64,000 nt of DNA from the human T2T-CHM13v2.0 reference genome, Homo sapiens. Below, piece after piece: positions 1 to 23,499 of the stretch. The notes beneath the pieces are model-generated. The model had not been told where the DNA came from and searched no databases. It saw only the letters and a list, made by a program, of their open reading frames with translations. Made by a program: the position numbers and the translations under genes. The stretch lies in assembly GCF_009914755.1 (NCBI RefSeq), contig NC_060948.1; one strand, given 5' to 3'. Numbering within the stretch: position 1 is the first letter of the stretch; each line of letters begins with the position of its first letter.

Positions 1-1414
1 TGATAATATATAAGTTTTATAATTATACAATATGACATATAGTATATATTATAATTTATGACATATATAATATATGTTATATGTCATATATAGAATATAT
101 TATACGGTTAACATACGTATTAAATATAAATTATACATTATATATATTATATATAATATATCTGTTATATGTAATACCCATTATGCATAATATATATATT
201 ATGTCTATGTTATATATAGTATAAAACAACATATAATAATATATAATTGTATATATAAAATGCGATATATAATATATATTATATTTTATAACATATGTAA
301 TATATATTATATATTATATATAATACGTTGTATGTATAATACCTATATTAAATATATATTATATGACTATGATATTAATTACATGTCACATGTGTTATAT
401 ATTATATATTTTACATAGAATATACTGGTTACATACAATATATACTATGTTACCTATAATGTATAATTTATTACATGTAAAATAAAGAATGCAATATATT
501 ATGTAAAATTTATAATATACCATATGCGGAATGTCATATATATAACATATAATATATGATATATGATATACAGTATATGATATATAACATAAAATATATG
601 ATTCCTAATATATATGGTATACAATATATATTTTATGATATGTATTCTATATGTTTTATATTCTGTTATATATAACTATTTGAAATTATATATAACTGTA
701 TAATATTTTATGTAAATATGTAATATAATATATATAATATATAATATATTATATATAACTATATATTATGTTATATATACTTTTATAACATAATTTACAT
801 AAAATATCATAATATAATATATATTATATTATTTCATATTACATAATATATATTACATATCACCCAATATAACTAACATACATAATATTATAATATAGAT
901 TATATTATGTTATATTAAATATCATATATATCATGTATCATATATTCTATAATATATATTACACATTATATAATATGTATGTTGTCTATTATGTGATATA
1001 TATAACTATATATATAATTATATTTTTATACATATAACTAGATAAACATGTAATTCTACATATTTTCATTTATAATATGTAGAATTATATAATCATATAT
1101 AATTATTTATATTCTATAAAAAATTTTATCATTATATAAATTATAATATATAAAAATTATAATATGTACTACAAATATATATATTATATATCATATATGA
1201 TATACTACCTTTGTTATATATCATAATACATATAAATGTGTATTATGTTATCTATAATTATATAATTTCATATATAAGATGTATAATATGTATCATATAT
1301 TACATATGTTATGTAATATATATAGTATATATAAGATGACACAGGATAAATATTATATACTATGACATATAAAATATATGAGGTTATATGTTACATATAA
1401 GGCATAGCACATAA

Positions 1415-1729
<315 letters not shown>

Positions 1730-2296
1730 AGATCCATATTTTTTAAATGAAAAAAAATTTCAAAGGTACTCTGCTTGGTACAATAATCAAATGTATAAAC
1801 TGAGGAATAAAACATAACCATGAAACCTACTTATAACTGCATATGGAAAATACAGAGGATAATTTTTTAAATAACATATTTTGAAAGCCTTAACTAGTAA
1901 TTTGAAGAGTTGGCATTTGAAAGGCCAGTATGAATATACCTTCAAAGCAGCAACACAGGTTCCCCATGAGAAAAAGCAAACACAGGGAAAATAAAAACAC
2001 AAAGGTTCAATCTCTTCTGACCTTTGAAAGACACAGCACAGACAGTGGTCCTTAGGACGAAGAGCAGGAGACCCCTAATTCCGTCACCATGGCGATAGGG
2101 CATAAACATTGCTGGGTGAGGGCACAATCCACATTGTGAGGTCCAACTGCTGCCAGGAAGACAGGAGTGCTTTTACATAGACCGAAAGGTCATTGAAGGC
2201 TCAGAGTTTTGTTTCAAGAACTGAATCCCAAGCCCACACGTTATTAGGCTGCACTTCTTAAAACAAGTTATGAGATGGGAAAAAGGGCACCCACAA
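1730..2296. repeat. GC-richer non-Alu block of the unit (HSATI-type portion; representative copy, ~570 bp; present in every unit)
   Basis: Complex sequence between the Alu 5' end and the AT block, almost invariant across 26 copies. Assignment to the library element HSATI is from knowledge of the DYZ2 composite, not from an alignment. Confidence 0.7.
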
Positions 2297-4838
<2,542 letters not shown>

Positions 4839-6252
4839 TGATAATATATAAGTTTTATATTTATACAATATGACATATAATATATATTATAATTTATGAC
4901 ATATATAATATATGTTATATATCATATATAGAATATATTATACGGTTAATATACGTATTAAATATAAATTATACATTATGTATATTATATATAATATATC
5001 TGTTATATATAATAACCATTATGCATAATATATATATTATGTCTATGTTATATATAGTATAAAACAACATATAATAATATATAATTGTCTATGTAAAATG
5101 CGACATATAATATATATTATATTTTATAACATATGTAATATATATTATACATTATATATAATACGTTGTATGAATAATACCTATATTAAATATATATTAT
5201 ATGACTATGTTATTAATTACATGTCACATGTGTTATATATTATATATTTTACATAGAAAATACCGGTTGCATACAATATATACTATGTTACCTATAATGT
5301 ATAATTTATTACATGTAAAATAAAGAATGCAATATATTATGTATAATTTATAATATACAATATGTGGAATGTGATATATATAACATATAATATATGATAT
5401 ATGATATACAGTATATGATATATAACATACAATATATGATTCCTAATATATATGGTATACAATATATATTTTATGATATGTATTCTATACGTTTTATATT
5501 CTGTTATATATAACTATTTGAAATTATATATAACTGTATAATATTTTATGTAAATATGTAATATAATATATATAACTATATAATATATTATATATAACTA
5601 TATATTATGTTATATATACTTTTATAACATAATTTACATAAAATATCATAATATAATATATATTATATTATTTCATATTACATAATATATATTACATATC
5701 ACCAATATAACTAACATACATAATACTATAATATAGATTATATTGTGTTATATTAAATATCATATATATCATGTATCATATATTCTATAATATATAATAC
5801 ACATTATTTAATATGTATGTTGTCTATTATGTGATATATATAACTATATATATAATTATATTTTTATACATATAACTAGATAAACATGTAATTCTACATA
5901 TTTTCATTTATAATATGTAGAATTATATAATCATATATAATTATTTATATTCTATAAAAAATTTTATCATTATATAAATTATAATATATAAAAATTATAA
6001 TATGTACTACAAATATATATATTATATATCATATATGCTATAGTTCCTTTGTTATATATCATAATACATATAAATGTGTATTATGTTATCTATAATTATA
6101 TAATTTCATATATAAGTTGTATAATATGTATCATATATTATATATGTTATGTAATATATATAGTATATATAAGATGACACAGGATAAATATTATATACTA
6201 TGACATATAAAATATATGAGGTTATATGTTACATATAAGGCATAGCACATAA

Positions 6253-6567
<315 letters not shown>

Positions 6568-8672
6568 AGATCCATATTTTTTAAATGAAAAAAAATTTCA
6601 AAGGTACTCTGCTTGGTACAATAATCAAATGTATAAACTGAGGAATAAAACATAACCATGAAACCTACTTATAACTGCATATGGAAAATACAGAGGATAA
6701 TTTTTTAAATAACATATTTTGAAAGCCTTAACTAGTAATTTGAAGAGTTGGCATTTGAAAGGCCAGTATGAATATACCTTCAAAGCAGCAACACAGGTTC
6801 CCCATGAGAAAAAGCAAACACAGGGAAAATAAAAACACAAAGGTTCAATCTCTTCTGACCTTTGAAAGACACAGCACAGACAGTGGTCCTTAGGACGAAG
6901 AGCAGGAGACCCCTAATTCCGTCACCATGGCGATAGGGCATAAACATTGCTGGGTGAGGGCACAATCCACATTGTGAGGTCCAACTGCTGCCAGGAAGAC
7001 AGGAGTGCTTTTACATAGACCGAAAGGTCATTGAAGGCTCAGAGTTTTGTTTCAAGAACTGAATCCCAAGCCCACACGTTATTAGGCTGCGCTTCTTAAA
7101 ACAAGTTATGAGATGGGAAAAAGGGCACCCACAAACATACGTATACATTATGTATATAATAATATACAGTATCATATATATAATATATATAACCTATGTA
7201 TAATATTGTTTTACATCCTGCATCTTATGTTATATATATTGTATAAAATATAATAATTGATAATATATAAGTTTTATAATTATACAATATGACATATAGT
7301 ATATATTATAATTTATGGCATATATAATATATGTTATATATCATATATAGAATATATTATACGGTTAATATACGTATTAAATATAAATTATACATTATAT
7401 ATATTATATATAATATATCTGTTATATATAATACCCATTATGCATAATATATATATTATGTCTATGTTATATATAGTATAAAACAACATATAATAATATA
7501 TAATTGTATATATACAATGCGACATATAATATATATTATATTTTATAACATATGTAATATATATTATATATTATATATAATACGTTGTATGTATAATACC
7601 TATATTAAATATATATTATATGACTATGTTATTAATTACATGTCACATGTGTTATATATTATATATTTTACATAGAATATACCGGTTACATACAATATAT
7701 ACTATGTTACCTATAATGTATAATTTATTACATGTAAAATAAAGAATGCAATATATTATGTATAATTTATAATATACAATATGTGGAATGTGATATATAT
7801 AACATATAATATATGATATATGATATACAGTATATGATATATAACATACAATATATGATTCCTAATATATATGGTATACAATATATATTTTATGATATGT
7901 ATTCTATATGTTTTATATTCTGTTATATATAACTATTTGAAATTATATATAACTGTATAATATTTTATGTAAATATGTAATATAATATATATAACTATAT
8001 AATATGTTATATATAACTATATATTATGTTATATATACTTTTATAACATAATTTACATAAAATATCATAATATAATATATATTATATTATTTCATATTAC
8101 ATTATATATATTACATATCACCCAATATAACTAACATACATAATATTATAATATAGATTATATTGTGTTATATTAAATATCATATATATCATGTATCATA
8201 TATTCTATAATATATATTACACATTATATAATATGTATGTTGTCTATTATGTGATATATATAACTATATATATAATTATATTTTTATACATATAACTAGA
8301 TAAACATGTAATTCTACATCTTTTCATTTATAATATGTAGAATTATATAATCATATATAATTATTTATATTCTATAAAAAATTTTATCATTATATAAATT
8401 ATAATATATAAAAATTATAATATGTACTACACATATATATATTATATATCATATATGATATAGTACCATTGTTATATATCATAATACATATAAATGTGTA
8501 TTATGTTATCTATAATTATATAATTTCATATATAAGATGTATAATATGTATCATATATTATATATGTTATGTAATATATATAGTATATATAAGATGACAC
8601 AGGATAAATATTATATACTATGACATATAAAATATATGAGGTTATATGTTACATATAAGGCATAGCACATAA

Positions 8673-8987
<315 letters not shown>

Positions 8988-11091
8988 AGATCCATATTTT
9001 TTAAATGAAAAAAAATTTCAAAGGTACTCTGCTTGGTACAATAATCAAATGTATAAACTGAGGAATAAAACATAACCATGAAACCTACTTATAACTGCAT
9101 ATGGAAAATACAGAGGATAATTTTTTAAATAACATATTTTGAAAGCCTTAACTAGTAATTTGAAGAGTTGGCATTTGAAAGGCCAGTATGAATATACCTT
9201 CAAAGCAGCAACACAGGTTCCCCATGAGAAAAAGCAAACACAGGGAAAATAAAAACACAAAGGTTCAATCTCTTCTGACCTTTGAAAGACACAGCACAGA
9301 CAGTGGTCCTTAGGACGAAGAGCAGGAGACCCCTAATTCCGTCACCATGGCGATAGGGCATAAACATTGCTGGGTGAGGGCACAATCCACATTGTGAGGT
9401 CCAACTGCTGCCAGGAAGACAGGAGTGCTTTTACATAGACCGAAAGGTCATTGAAGGCTCAGAGTTTTGTTTCAAGAACTGAATCCCAAGCCCACACGTT
9501 ATTAGGCTGCGCTTCTTAAAACAAGTTATGAGATGGGAAAAAGGGCACCCACAAACATACGTATACATTATGTATATAATAATATACAGTATCATATATA
9601 TAATATATATAACCTATGTATAATATTGTTTTACATCCTGCATCTTATGTTATATATATTGTATAAAATATAATAATTGATAATATATAAGTTTTATATT
9701 TATACAATATGACATATAATATATATTATAATTTATGACATATATAATATATGTTATATATCATATATAGAATATATTATACGGTTAATATACGTATTAA
9801 ATATAAATTATACATTATGTATATTATATATAATATATCTGTTATATATAATAACCATTATGCATAATATATATATTATGTCTATGTTATATATAGTATA
9901 AAACAACATATAATAATATATAATTGTCTATGTAAAATGCGACATATAATATATATTATATTTTATAACATATGTAATATATATTATACATTATATATAA
10001 TACGTTGTATGAATAATACCTATATTAAATATATATTATATGACTATGTTATTAATTACATGTCACATGTGTTATATATTATATATTTTACATAGAAAAT
10101 ACCGGTTGCATACAATATATACTATGTTACCTATAATGTATAATTTATTACATGTAAAATAAAGAATACAATATATTATGTATAATTTATAATATACAAT
10201 ATGTGGAATGTGATATATATAACATATAATATATGATATATGATATACAGTATATGATATATAACATACAATATATGATTCCTAATATATATGGTATACA
10301 ATATATATTTTATGATATGTATTCTATACGTTTTATATTCTGTTATATATAACTATTTGAAATTATATATAACTGTATAATATTTTATGTAAATATGTAA
10401 TATAATATATATAACTATATAATATATTATATATAACTATATATTATGTTATATATACTTTTATAACATAATTTACATAAAATATCATAATATAATATAT
10501 ATTATATTATTTCATATTACATAATATATATTACATATCACCAATATAACTAACATACATAATATTATAATATAGATTATATTGTGTTATATTAAATATC
10601 ATATATATCATGTATCATATATTCTATAATATATAATACACATTATATAATATGTATGTTGTCTATTATGTGATATATATAACTATATATATAATTATAT
10701 TTTTATACATATAACTAGATAAACATGTAATTCTACATATTTTCATTTATAATATGTAGAATTATATAATCATATATAATTATTTATATTCTATAAAAAA
10801 TTTTATCATTATATAAATTATAATATATAAAAATTATAATATGTACTACAAATATATATATTATATATCATATATGCTATAGTTCCTTTGTTATATATCA
10901 TAATACATATAAATGTGTATTATGTTATCTATAATTATATAATTTCATATATAAGTTGTATAATATGTATCATATATTATATATGTTATGTAATATATAT
11001 AGTATATATAAGATGACACAGGATAAATATTATATACTATGACATATAAAATATATGAGGTTATATGTTACATATAAGGCATAGCACATAA

Positions 11092-11406
<315 letters not shown>

Positions 11407-13511
11407 AGATCCATATTTTTTAAATGAAAAAAAATTTCAAAGGTACTCTGCTTGGTACAATAATCAAATGTATAAACTGAGGAATAAAACATAACCATGA
11501 AACCTACTTATAACTGCATATGGAAAATACAGAGGATAATTTTTTAAATAACATATTTTGAAAGCCTTAACTAGTAATTTGAAGAGTTGGCATTTGAAAG
11601 GCCAGTATGAATATACCTTCAAAGCAGCAACACAGGTTCCCCATGAGAAAAAGCAAACACAGGGAAAATAAAAACACAAAGGTTCAATCTCTTCTGACCT
11701 TTGAAAGACACAGCACAGACAGTGGTCCTTAGGACGAAGAGCAGGAGACCCCTAATTCCGTCACCATGGCGATAGGGCATAAACATTGCTGGGTGAGGGC
11801 ACAATCCACATTGTGAGGTCCAACTGCTGCCAGGAAGACAGGAGTGCTTTTACATAGACCGAAAGGTCATTGAAGGCTCAGAGTTTTGTTTCAAGAACTG
11901 AATCCCAAGCCCACACGTTATTAGGCTGCGCTTCTTAAAACAAGTTATGAGATGGGAAAAAGGGCACCCACAAACATACGTATACATTATGTATATAATA
12001 ATATACAGTATCATATATATAATATATATAACCTATGTATAATATTGTTTTACATCCTGCATCTTATGTTATATATATTGTATAAAATATAATAATTGAT
12101 AATATATAAGTTTTATAATTATACAATATGACATATAGTATATATTATAATTTATGGCATATATAATATATGTTATATATCATATATAGAATATCTTATA
12201 CGGTTAATATACGTATTAAATATAAATTATACATTATATATATTATATATAATATATCTGTTATATATAATACCCATTATGCATAATATATATATTATGT
12301 CTATGTTATATATAGTATAAAACAACATATAATAATATATAATTGTATATATACAATGCGACATATAATATATATTATATTTTATAACATATGTAATATA
12401 TATTATATATTATATATAATACGTTGTATGTTTAATACCTATATTAAATATATATTATATGACTATGTTATTAATTACATGTCACATGTGTTATATATTA
12501 TATATTTTACATAGAATATACCGGTTACATACAATATATACTATGTTACCTATAATGTATAATTTATTACATGTAAAATAAAGAATGCAATATATTATGT
12601 ATAATTTATAATATACAATATGTGGAATGTGATATATATAACATATAATATATGATATATGATATACAGTATATGATATATAACATACAATATATGATTC
12701 CTAATATATATGGTATACAATATATATTTTATGATATGTATTCTATATGTTTTATATTCTGTTATATATAACTATTTGAAATTATATATAACTGTATAAT
12801 ATTTTATGTAAATATGTAATATAATATATATAACTATATAATATGTTATATATAACTATATATTATGTTATATATACTTTTATAACATAATTTACATAAA
12901 ATATCATAATATAATATATATTATATTATTTCATATTACATTATATATATTACATATCACCCAATATAACTAACATACATAATATTATAATATAGATTAT
13001 ATTGTGTTATATTAAATATCATATATATCATGTATCATATATTCTATAATATATATTACACATTATATAATATGTATGTTGTCTATTATGTGATATATAT
13101 AACTATATATATAATTATATTTTTATACATATAACTAGATAAACATGTAATTCTACATCTTTTCATTTATAATATGTAGAATTATATAATCATATATAAT
13201 TATTTATATTCTATAAAAAATTTTATCATTATATAAATTATAATATATAAAAATTATAATATGTACTACACATATATATATTATATATCATATATGATAT
13301 AGTACCATTGTTATATATCATAATACATATAAATGTGTATTATGTTATCTATAATTATATAATTTCATATATAAGATGTATAATATGTATCATATATTAT
13401 ATATGTTATGTAATATATATAGTATATATAAGATGACACAGGATAAATATTATATACTATGACATATAAAATATATGAGGTTATATGTTACATATAAGGC
13501 ATAGCACATAA

Positions 13512-13826
<315 letters not shown>

Positions 13827-15930
13827 AGATCCATATTTTTTAAATGAAAAAAAATTTCAAAGGTACTCTGCTTGGTACAATAATCAAATGTATAAACTGA
13901 GGAATAAAACATAACCATGAAACCTACTTATAACTGCATATGGAAAATACAGAGGATAATTTTTTAAATAACATATTTTGAAAGCCTTAACTAGTAATTT
14001 GAAGAGTTGGCATTTGAAAGGCCAGTATGAATATACCTTCAAAGCAGCAACACAGGTTCCCCATGAGAAAAAGCAAACACAGGGAAAATAAAAACACAAA
14101 GGTTCAATCTCTTCTGACCTTTGAAAGACACAGCACAGACAGTGGTCCTTAGGACGAAGAGCAGGAGACCCCTAATTCCGTCACCATGGCGATAGGGCAT
14201 AAACATTGCTGGGTGAGGGCACAATCCACATTGTGAGGTCCAACTGCTGCCAGGAAGACAGGAGTGCTTTTACATAGACCGAAAGGTCATTGAAGGCTCA
14301 GAGTTTTGTTTCAAGAACTGAATCCCAAGCCCACACGTTATTAGGCTGCGCTTCTTAAAACAAGTTATGAGATGGGAAAAAGGGCACCCACAAACATACG
14401 TATACATTATGTATATAATAATATACAGTATCATATATATAATATATATAACCTATGTATAATATTGTTTTACATCCTGCATCTTATGTTATATATATTG
14501 TATAAAATATAATAATTGATAATATATAAGTTTTATATTTATACAATATGACATATAGTATATATTATAATTTATGACATATATAATATATGTTATATAT
14601 CATATATAGAATATATTATACGGTTAATATACGTATTAAATATAAATTATACATTATGTATATTATATATAATATATCTGTTATATATAATAACCATTAT
14701 GCATAATATATATATTATGTCTATGTTATATATAGTATAAAACAACATATAATAATATATAATTGTCTATGTAAAATGCGACATATAATATATATTATAT
14801 TTTATAACATATGTAATATATATTATACATTATATATAATACGTTGTATGAATAATACCTATATTAAATATATATTATATGACTATGTTATTAATTACAT
14901 GTCACATGTGTTATATATTATATATTTTACATAGAATATACCGGTTGCATACAATATATACTATGTTACCTATAATGTATAATTTATTACATGTAAAATA
15001 AAGAATGCAATATATTATGTATAATTTATAATATACAATATGTGGAATGTGATATATATAACATATAATATATGATATATGATATACAGTATATGATATA
15101 TAACATACAATATATGATTCCTAATATATATGGTATACAATATATATTTTATGATATGTATTCTATACGTTTTATATTCTGTTATATATAACTATTTGAA
15201 ATTATATATAACTGTATAATATTTTATGTAAATATGTAATATAATATATATAACTATATAATATATTATATATAACTATATATTATGTTATATATACTTT
15301 TATAACATAATTTACATAAAATATCATAATATAATATATATTATATTATTTCATATTACATAATATATATTACATATCACCAATATAACTAACATACATA
15401 ATATTATAATATAGATTATATTGTGTTATATTAAATATCATATATATCATGTATCATATATTCTATAATATATAATACACATTATATAATATGTATGTTG
15501 TCTATTATGTGATATATATAACTATATATATAATTATATTTTTATACATATAACTAGATAAACATGTAATTCTACATATTTTCATTTATAATATGTAGAA
15601 TTATATAATCATATATAATTATTTATATTCTATAAAAAATTTTATCATTATATAAATTATAATATATAAAAATTATAATATGTACTACAAATATATATAT
15701 TATATATCATATATGCTATAGTTCCTTTGTTATATATCATAATACATATAAATGTGTATTATGTTATCTATAATTATATAATTTCATATATAAGTTGTAT
15801 AATATGTATCATATATTATATATGTTATGTAATATATATAGTATATATAAGATGACACAGGATAAATATTATATACTATGACATATAAAATATATGAGGT
15901 TATATGTTACATATAAGGCATAGCACATAA

Positions 15931-16245
<315 letters not shown>

Positions 16246-18348
16246 AGATCCATATTTTTTAAATGAAAAAAAATTTCAAAGGTACTCTGCTTGGTACAAT
16301 AATCAAATGTATAAACTGAGGAATAAAACATAACCATGAAACCTACTTATAACTGCATATGGAAAATACAGAGGATAATTTTTTAAATAACATATTTTGA
16401 AAGCCTTAACTAGTAATTTGAAGAGTTGGCATTTGAAAGGCCAATATGAATATACCTTCAAAGCAGCAACACAGGTTCCCCATGAGAAAAAGCAAACACA
16501 GGGAAAATAAAAACACAAAGGTTCAATCTCTTCTGACCTTTGAAAGACACAGCACAGACAGTGGTCCTTAGGACGAAGAGCAGGAGACCCCTAATTCCGT
16601 CACCATGGCGATAGGGCATAAACATTGCTGGGTGAGGGCACAATCCACATTGTGAGGTCCAACTGCTGCCAGGAAGACAGGAGTGCTTTTACATAGACCG
16701 AAAGGTCATTGAAGGCTCAGAGTTTTGTTTCAAGAACTGAATCCCAAGCCCACACGTTATTAGGCTGCGCTTCTTAAAACAAGTTATGAGATGGGAAAAA
16801 GGGCACCCACAAACTTACGTATACATTATGTATATAATAATATACAGTATCATATATATAATATATATAACCTATGTATAATATTGTTTTACATCCTGCA
16901 TCTTATGTTATATATATTGTATAAAATATAATAATTGATAATATATAAGTTTTATAATTATACAATATGACATATAGTATATATTATAATTTATGACATA
17001 TATAATATATGTTATATGTCATATATAGAATATATTATACGGTTAACATACGTATTCAATATAAATTATACATTATATATATTATATATAATATATCTGT
17101 TATATGTAATACCCATTATGCATAATATATATATTATGTCTATGTTATATATAGTATAAAACAACATATAATAATATATAATTGTATATATAAAATGCGA
17201 TATATAATATATATTATATTTTATAACATATGTAATATATATTATATATTATATATAATACGTTGTATGTATAATACCTATATTAAATATATATTATATG
17301 ACTATGTTATTAATTACATGTCACATGTGTTATATATTATATATTTTACATAGAATATACTGGTTACATACAATATATACTATGTTACCTATAATGTATA
17401 ATTTATTACATGTAAAATAAAGAATGCAATATATTATGTAAAATTTATAATATACCATATGTGGAATGTCATATATATAACATATAATATATGATATATG
17501 ATATACAGTATATGATATATAACATACAATATATGATTCCTAATATATATGGTATACAATATATATTTTATGATATGTATTCTATATGTTTTATATTCTG
17601 TTATATATAACTATTTGAATTATATATAACTGTATAATATTTTATGTAAATATGTAATATAATATATATAATATATAATATATTATATATAACTATATAT
17701 TATGTTATATATACTTTTATAACATAATTTACATAAAATATCATAATATAATATATATTATATTATTTCATATTACATAATATATATTACATATCACCCA
17801 ATATAACTAACATACATAATATTATAATATAGATTATATTATGTTATATTAAATATCATATATATCATGTATCATATATTCTATAATATATATTACACAT
17901 TATATAATATGTATGTTGTCTATTATGTGATATATATAACTATATATATAATTATATTTTTATACATATAACTAGATAAACATGTAATTCTACATATTTT
18001 CATTTATAATATGTAGAATTATATAATCATATATAATTATTTATATTCTATAAAAAATTTTATCATTATATAAATTATAATATATAAAAATTATAATATG
18101 TACTACAAATATATATATTATATATCATATATGATATACTACCTTTGTTATATATCATAATACATATAAATGTGTATTATGTTATCTATAATTATATAAT
18201 TTCATATATAAGAGGTATAATATGTATCATATATTACATATGTTATGTAATATATATAGTATATATAAGATGACACAGGATAAATATTATATACTATGAC
18301 ATATAAAATATATGAGGTTATATGTTACATATAAGGCATAGCACATAA

Positions 18349-18663
<315 letters not shown>

Positions 18664-20768
18664 AGATCCATATTTTTTAAATGAAAAAAAATTTCAAAGG
18701 TACTCTGCTTGGTACAATAATCAAATGTATAAACTGAGGAATAAAACATAACCATGAAACCTACTTATAACTGCATATGGAAAATACAGAGGATAATTTT
18801 TTAAATAACATATTTTGAAAGCCTTAACTAGTAATTTGAAGAGTTGGCATTTGAAAGGCCAGTATGAATATACCTTCAAAGCAGCAACACAGGTTCCCCA
18901 TGAGAAAAAGCAAACACAGGGAAAATAAAAACACAAAGGTTCAATCTCTTCTGACCTTTGAAAGACACAGCACAGACAGTGGTCCTTAGGACGAAGAGCA
19001 GGAGACCCCTAATTCCGTCACCATGGCGATAGGGCATAAACATTGCTGGGTGAGGGCACAATCCACATTGTGAGGTCCAACTGCTGCCAGGAAGACAGGA
19101 GTGCTTTTACATAGACCGAAAGGTCATTGAAGGCTCAGAGTTTTGTTTCAAGAACTGAATCCCAAGCCCACACGTTATTAGGTTGCACTTCTTAAAACAA
19201 GTTATGAGATGGGAAAAAGGGCACCCACAAACATACGTATACATTATGTATATAATAATATACAGTATCATATATATAATATATATAACCTATGTATAAT
19301 ATTGTTTTACATCCTGCATCTTATGTTATATATATTGTATAAAATATAATAATTGATAATATATAAGTTTTATAATTATACAATATGACATATAGTATAT
19401 ATTATAATTTATGACATATATAATATATGTTATATGTCATATATAGAATATATTATACGGTTAACATACGTATTAAATATAAATTATACATTATATATAT
19501 TATATATAATATATCTGTTATATGTAATACCCATTATGCATAATATATATATTATGTCTATGTTATATATAGTATAAAACAACATATAATAATATATAAT
19601 TGTATATATAAAATGCGATATATAATATATATTATATTTTATAACATATGTAATATATATTATATATTATATATAATACGTTGTATGTATAATACCTATA
19701 TTAAATATATATTATATGACTATGTTATTAATTACATGTCACATGTGTTATATATTATATATTTTACATAGAATATACTGGTTACATACAATATATACTA
19801 TGTTACCTATAATGTATAATTTATTACATGTAAAATAAAGAATGCAATATATTATGTAAAATTTATAATATACCATATGTGGAATGTCATATATATAACA
19901 TATAATATATGATATATGATATACAGTATATGATATATAACATACAATATATGATTCCTAATATATATGGTATACAATATATATTTTATGATATGTATTC
20001 TATATGTTTTATATTCTGTTATATATAACTATTTGAAATTATATATAACTGTATAATATTTTATGTAAATATGTAATATAATATATATAACTATATAATA
20101 TATTATATATAACTATATATTATGTTATATATACTTTTATAACATAATTTACATAAAATATCATAATATAATATATATTATATTATTTCATATTACATAA
20201 TATATATTACATATCACCCAATATAAGTAACATACATAATATTATAATATAGATTATATTATGTTATATTAAATATCATATATATCATGTATCATATATT
20301 CTATAATATATATTACACATTATATAATATGTATGTTGTCTAATATGTGATATATATAACTATATATATAATTATATTTTTATACATATAACTAGATAAA
20401 CATGTAATTCTACATATTTTCATTTATAATATGTAGAATTATATAATCATATATAATTATTTATATTCTATAAAAAATTTTATCATTATATAAATTATAA
20501 TATATAAAAATTATAATATGTACTACAAATATATATATTATATATCATATATGATATACTACCTTTGTTATATATCATAATACATATAAATGTGTATTAT
20601 GTTATCTATAATTATATAATTTCATATATAAGATGTATAATATGTATCATATATTACATATGTTATGTAATATATATAGTATATATAAGATGACACAGGA
20701 TAAATATTATATACTATGACATATAAAATATATGAGGTTATATGTTACATATAAGGCATAGCACATAA

Positions 20769-21083
<315 letters not shown>

Positions 21084-23184
21084 AGATCCATATTTTTTAA
21101 ATGAAAAAAAATTTCAAAGGTACTCTGCTTGGTACAATAATCAAATGTATAAACTGAGGAATAAAACATAACCATGAAACCTACTTATAACTGCATATGG
21201 AAAATACAGAGGATAATTTTTTAAATAACATATTTTGAAAGCCTTAACTAGTAATTTGAAGAGTTGGCATTTGAAAGGCCAGTATGAATATACCTTCAAA
21301 GCAGCAACAAAGGTTCCCCATGAGAAAAAGCAAACACAGGGAAAATAAAAACACAAAGGTTCAATCTCTTCTGACCTTTGAAAGACACAGCACAGACAGT
21401 GGTCCTTAGGACGAAGAGCAGGAGACCCCTAATTCCGTCACCATGGCGATAGGGCATAAACATTGCTGGGTGAGGGCACAATCCACATTGTGAGGTCCAA
21501 CTGCTGCCAGGAAGACAGGAGTGCTTTTACATAGACCGAAAGGTCATTGAAGGCTCAGAGTTTTGTTTCAAGAACTGAATCCCAAGCCCACACGTTATTA
21601 GGCTGCGCTTCTTAAAACAAGTTATGAGATGGGAAAAAGGGCACCCACAAACATACGTATACATTATGTATATAATAATATACAGTATCATATATATAAT
21701 ATATATAACCTATGTATAATATTGTTTTACATCCTGCATCTTATGTTATATATATTGTATAAAATATAATAATTGATAATATATAAGTTTTATAATTATA
21801 CAATATGACATATAGTATATATTATAATTTATGACATATATAATATATGTTATATGTCATATATAGAATATATTATACGGTTAATATACGTATTAAATAT
21901 AAATTATACATTCTATATATTATATATAATATATCTGTTATATATAATACCCATTATGCATAATATATATATTATGTCTATGTTATATATAGTATAAAAC
22001 AACATATAATAATATATAATTGTATATATAAAATGCGACATATAATATTTATTATATTTTATAACATATGAAATATATATTATATATTATATATAATACG
22101 TTGTATGTATAATACCTATATTAAATATATATTATATGACTATGTTATTAATTACATGTCACATGTGTTATATATTATATATTTTACATAGAATATACCG
22201 GTTACATACAATATATACTATGTTACCTATAATGTATTATTTATTACATGTAAAATAAAGAATGCAATATATTATGTATAATTTATAATATACCATATGT
22301 GGAATGTCATATATATAACATATAATATATGATATATGATATACAGTATATGATATATAACATACAATATATGATTCCTAATACATATGGTATACAATAT
22401 ATATTTTATGATATGTATTCTATATGTTTTATATTCTGTTATATATAACTATTTGAAATTATATATAACTGTATAATATTTTATGTAAATATGTAATATA
22501 ATATATATAACTATATAATATATTATATATAACTATATATTATGTTATATATACTTTTATAACATAATTTACATAAAATATCATAATGTAATATATATTA
22601 TATTATTTCATATTACATAATATATATTACATATCACCCAATATAACTAACATACATAATATTATAATATAGATTATATTATGTTATATTAAATATCATC
22701 TATATCATGTATCATATATTCTATAATATATATTACACATTATATAATATGAGTGTTGTCTATTATGTGATATATATAACTCTATATATAATTATATTTT
22801 TATACATATAACTAAACATGTAATTCTACATATTTTCATTTATAATATGTAGAATTATATAATCATATATAATTATTTATATTCTATAAAAAATTTTATC
22901 TTTATATAAATTATAATATATAAAAATTATAATATGTACTACAAATATATATATTATATATCATATATGATATAGTACCTTTGTTATATATCATAATACA
23001 TATAAATGTGTATTATGTTATCTATAATTATATAATTTCATATATAAGATGTATAATATGTATCATATATTATATATGTTATGTAATATATGTAGTATAT
23101 ATAAGATGACACAGGATAAATATTATATACTATGACATATAAAATATATGAGGTTATATGTTACATATAAGGCATAGCACATAA

Positions 23185-23499
<315 letters not shown>

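Noticed and set aside
481-490. AATAAA poly(A) signals and TATA-like boxes (also ~1806, ~1990)
   Set aside because: Expected by chance at this AT content; no gene context.
1787-2127. Overlapping 71-aa and 61-aa minus-strand ORFs repeated in every unit
   Set aside because: Short, non-ATG starts, Phe/Cys/Leu bias explained by A-rich opposite strand, no recognisable domain; conservation only reflects array homogeneity and variants include missense changes and a frameshift.
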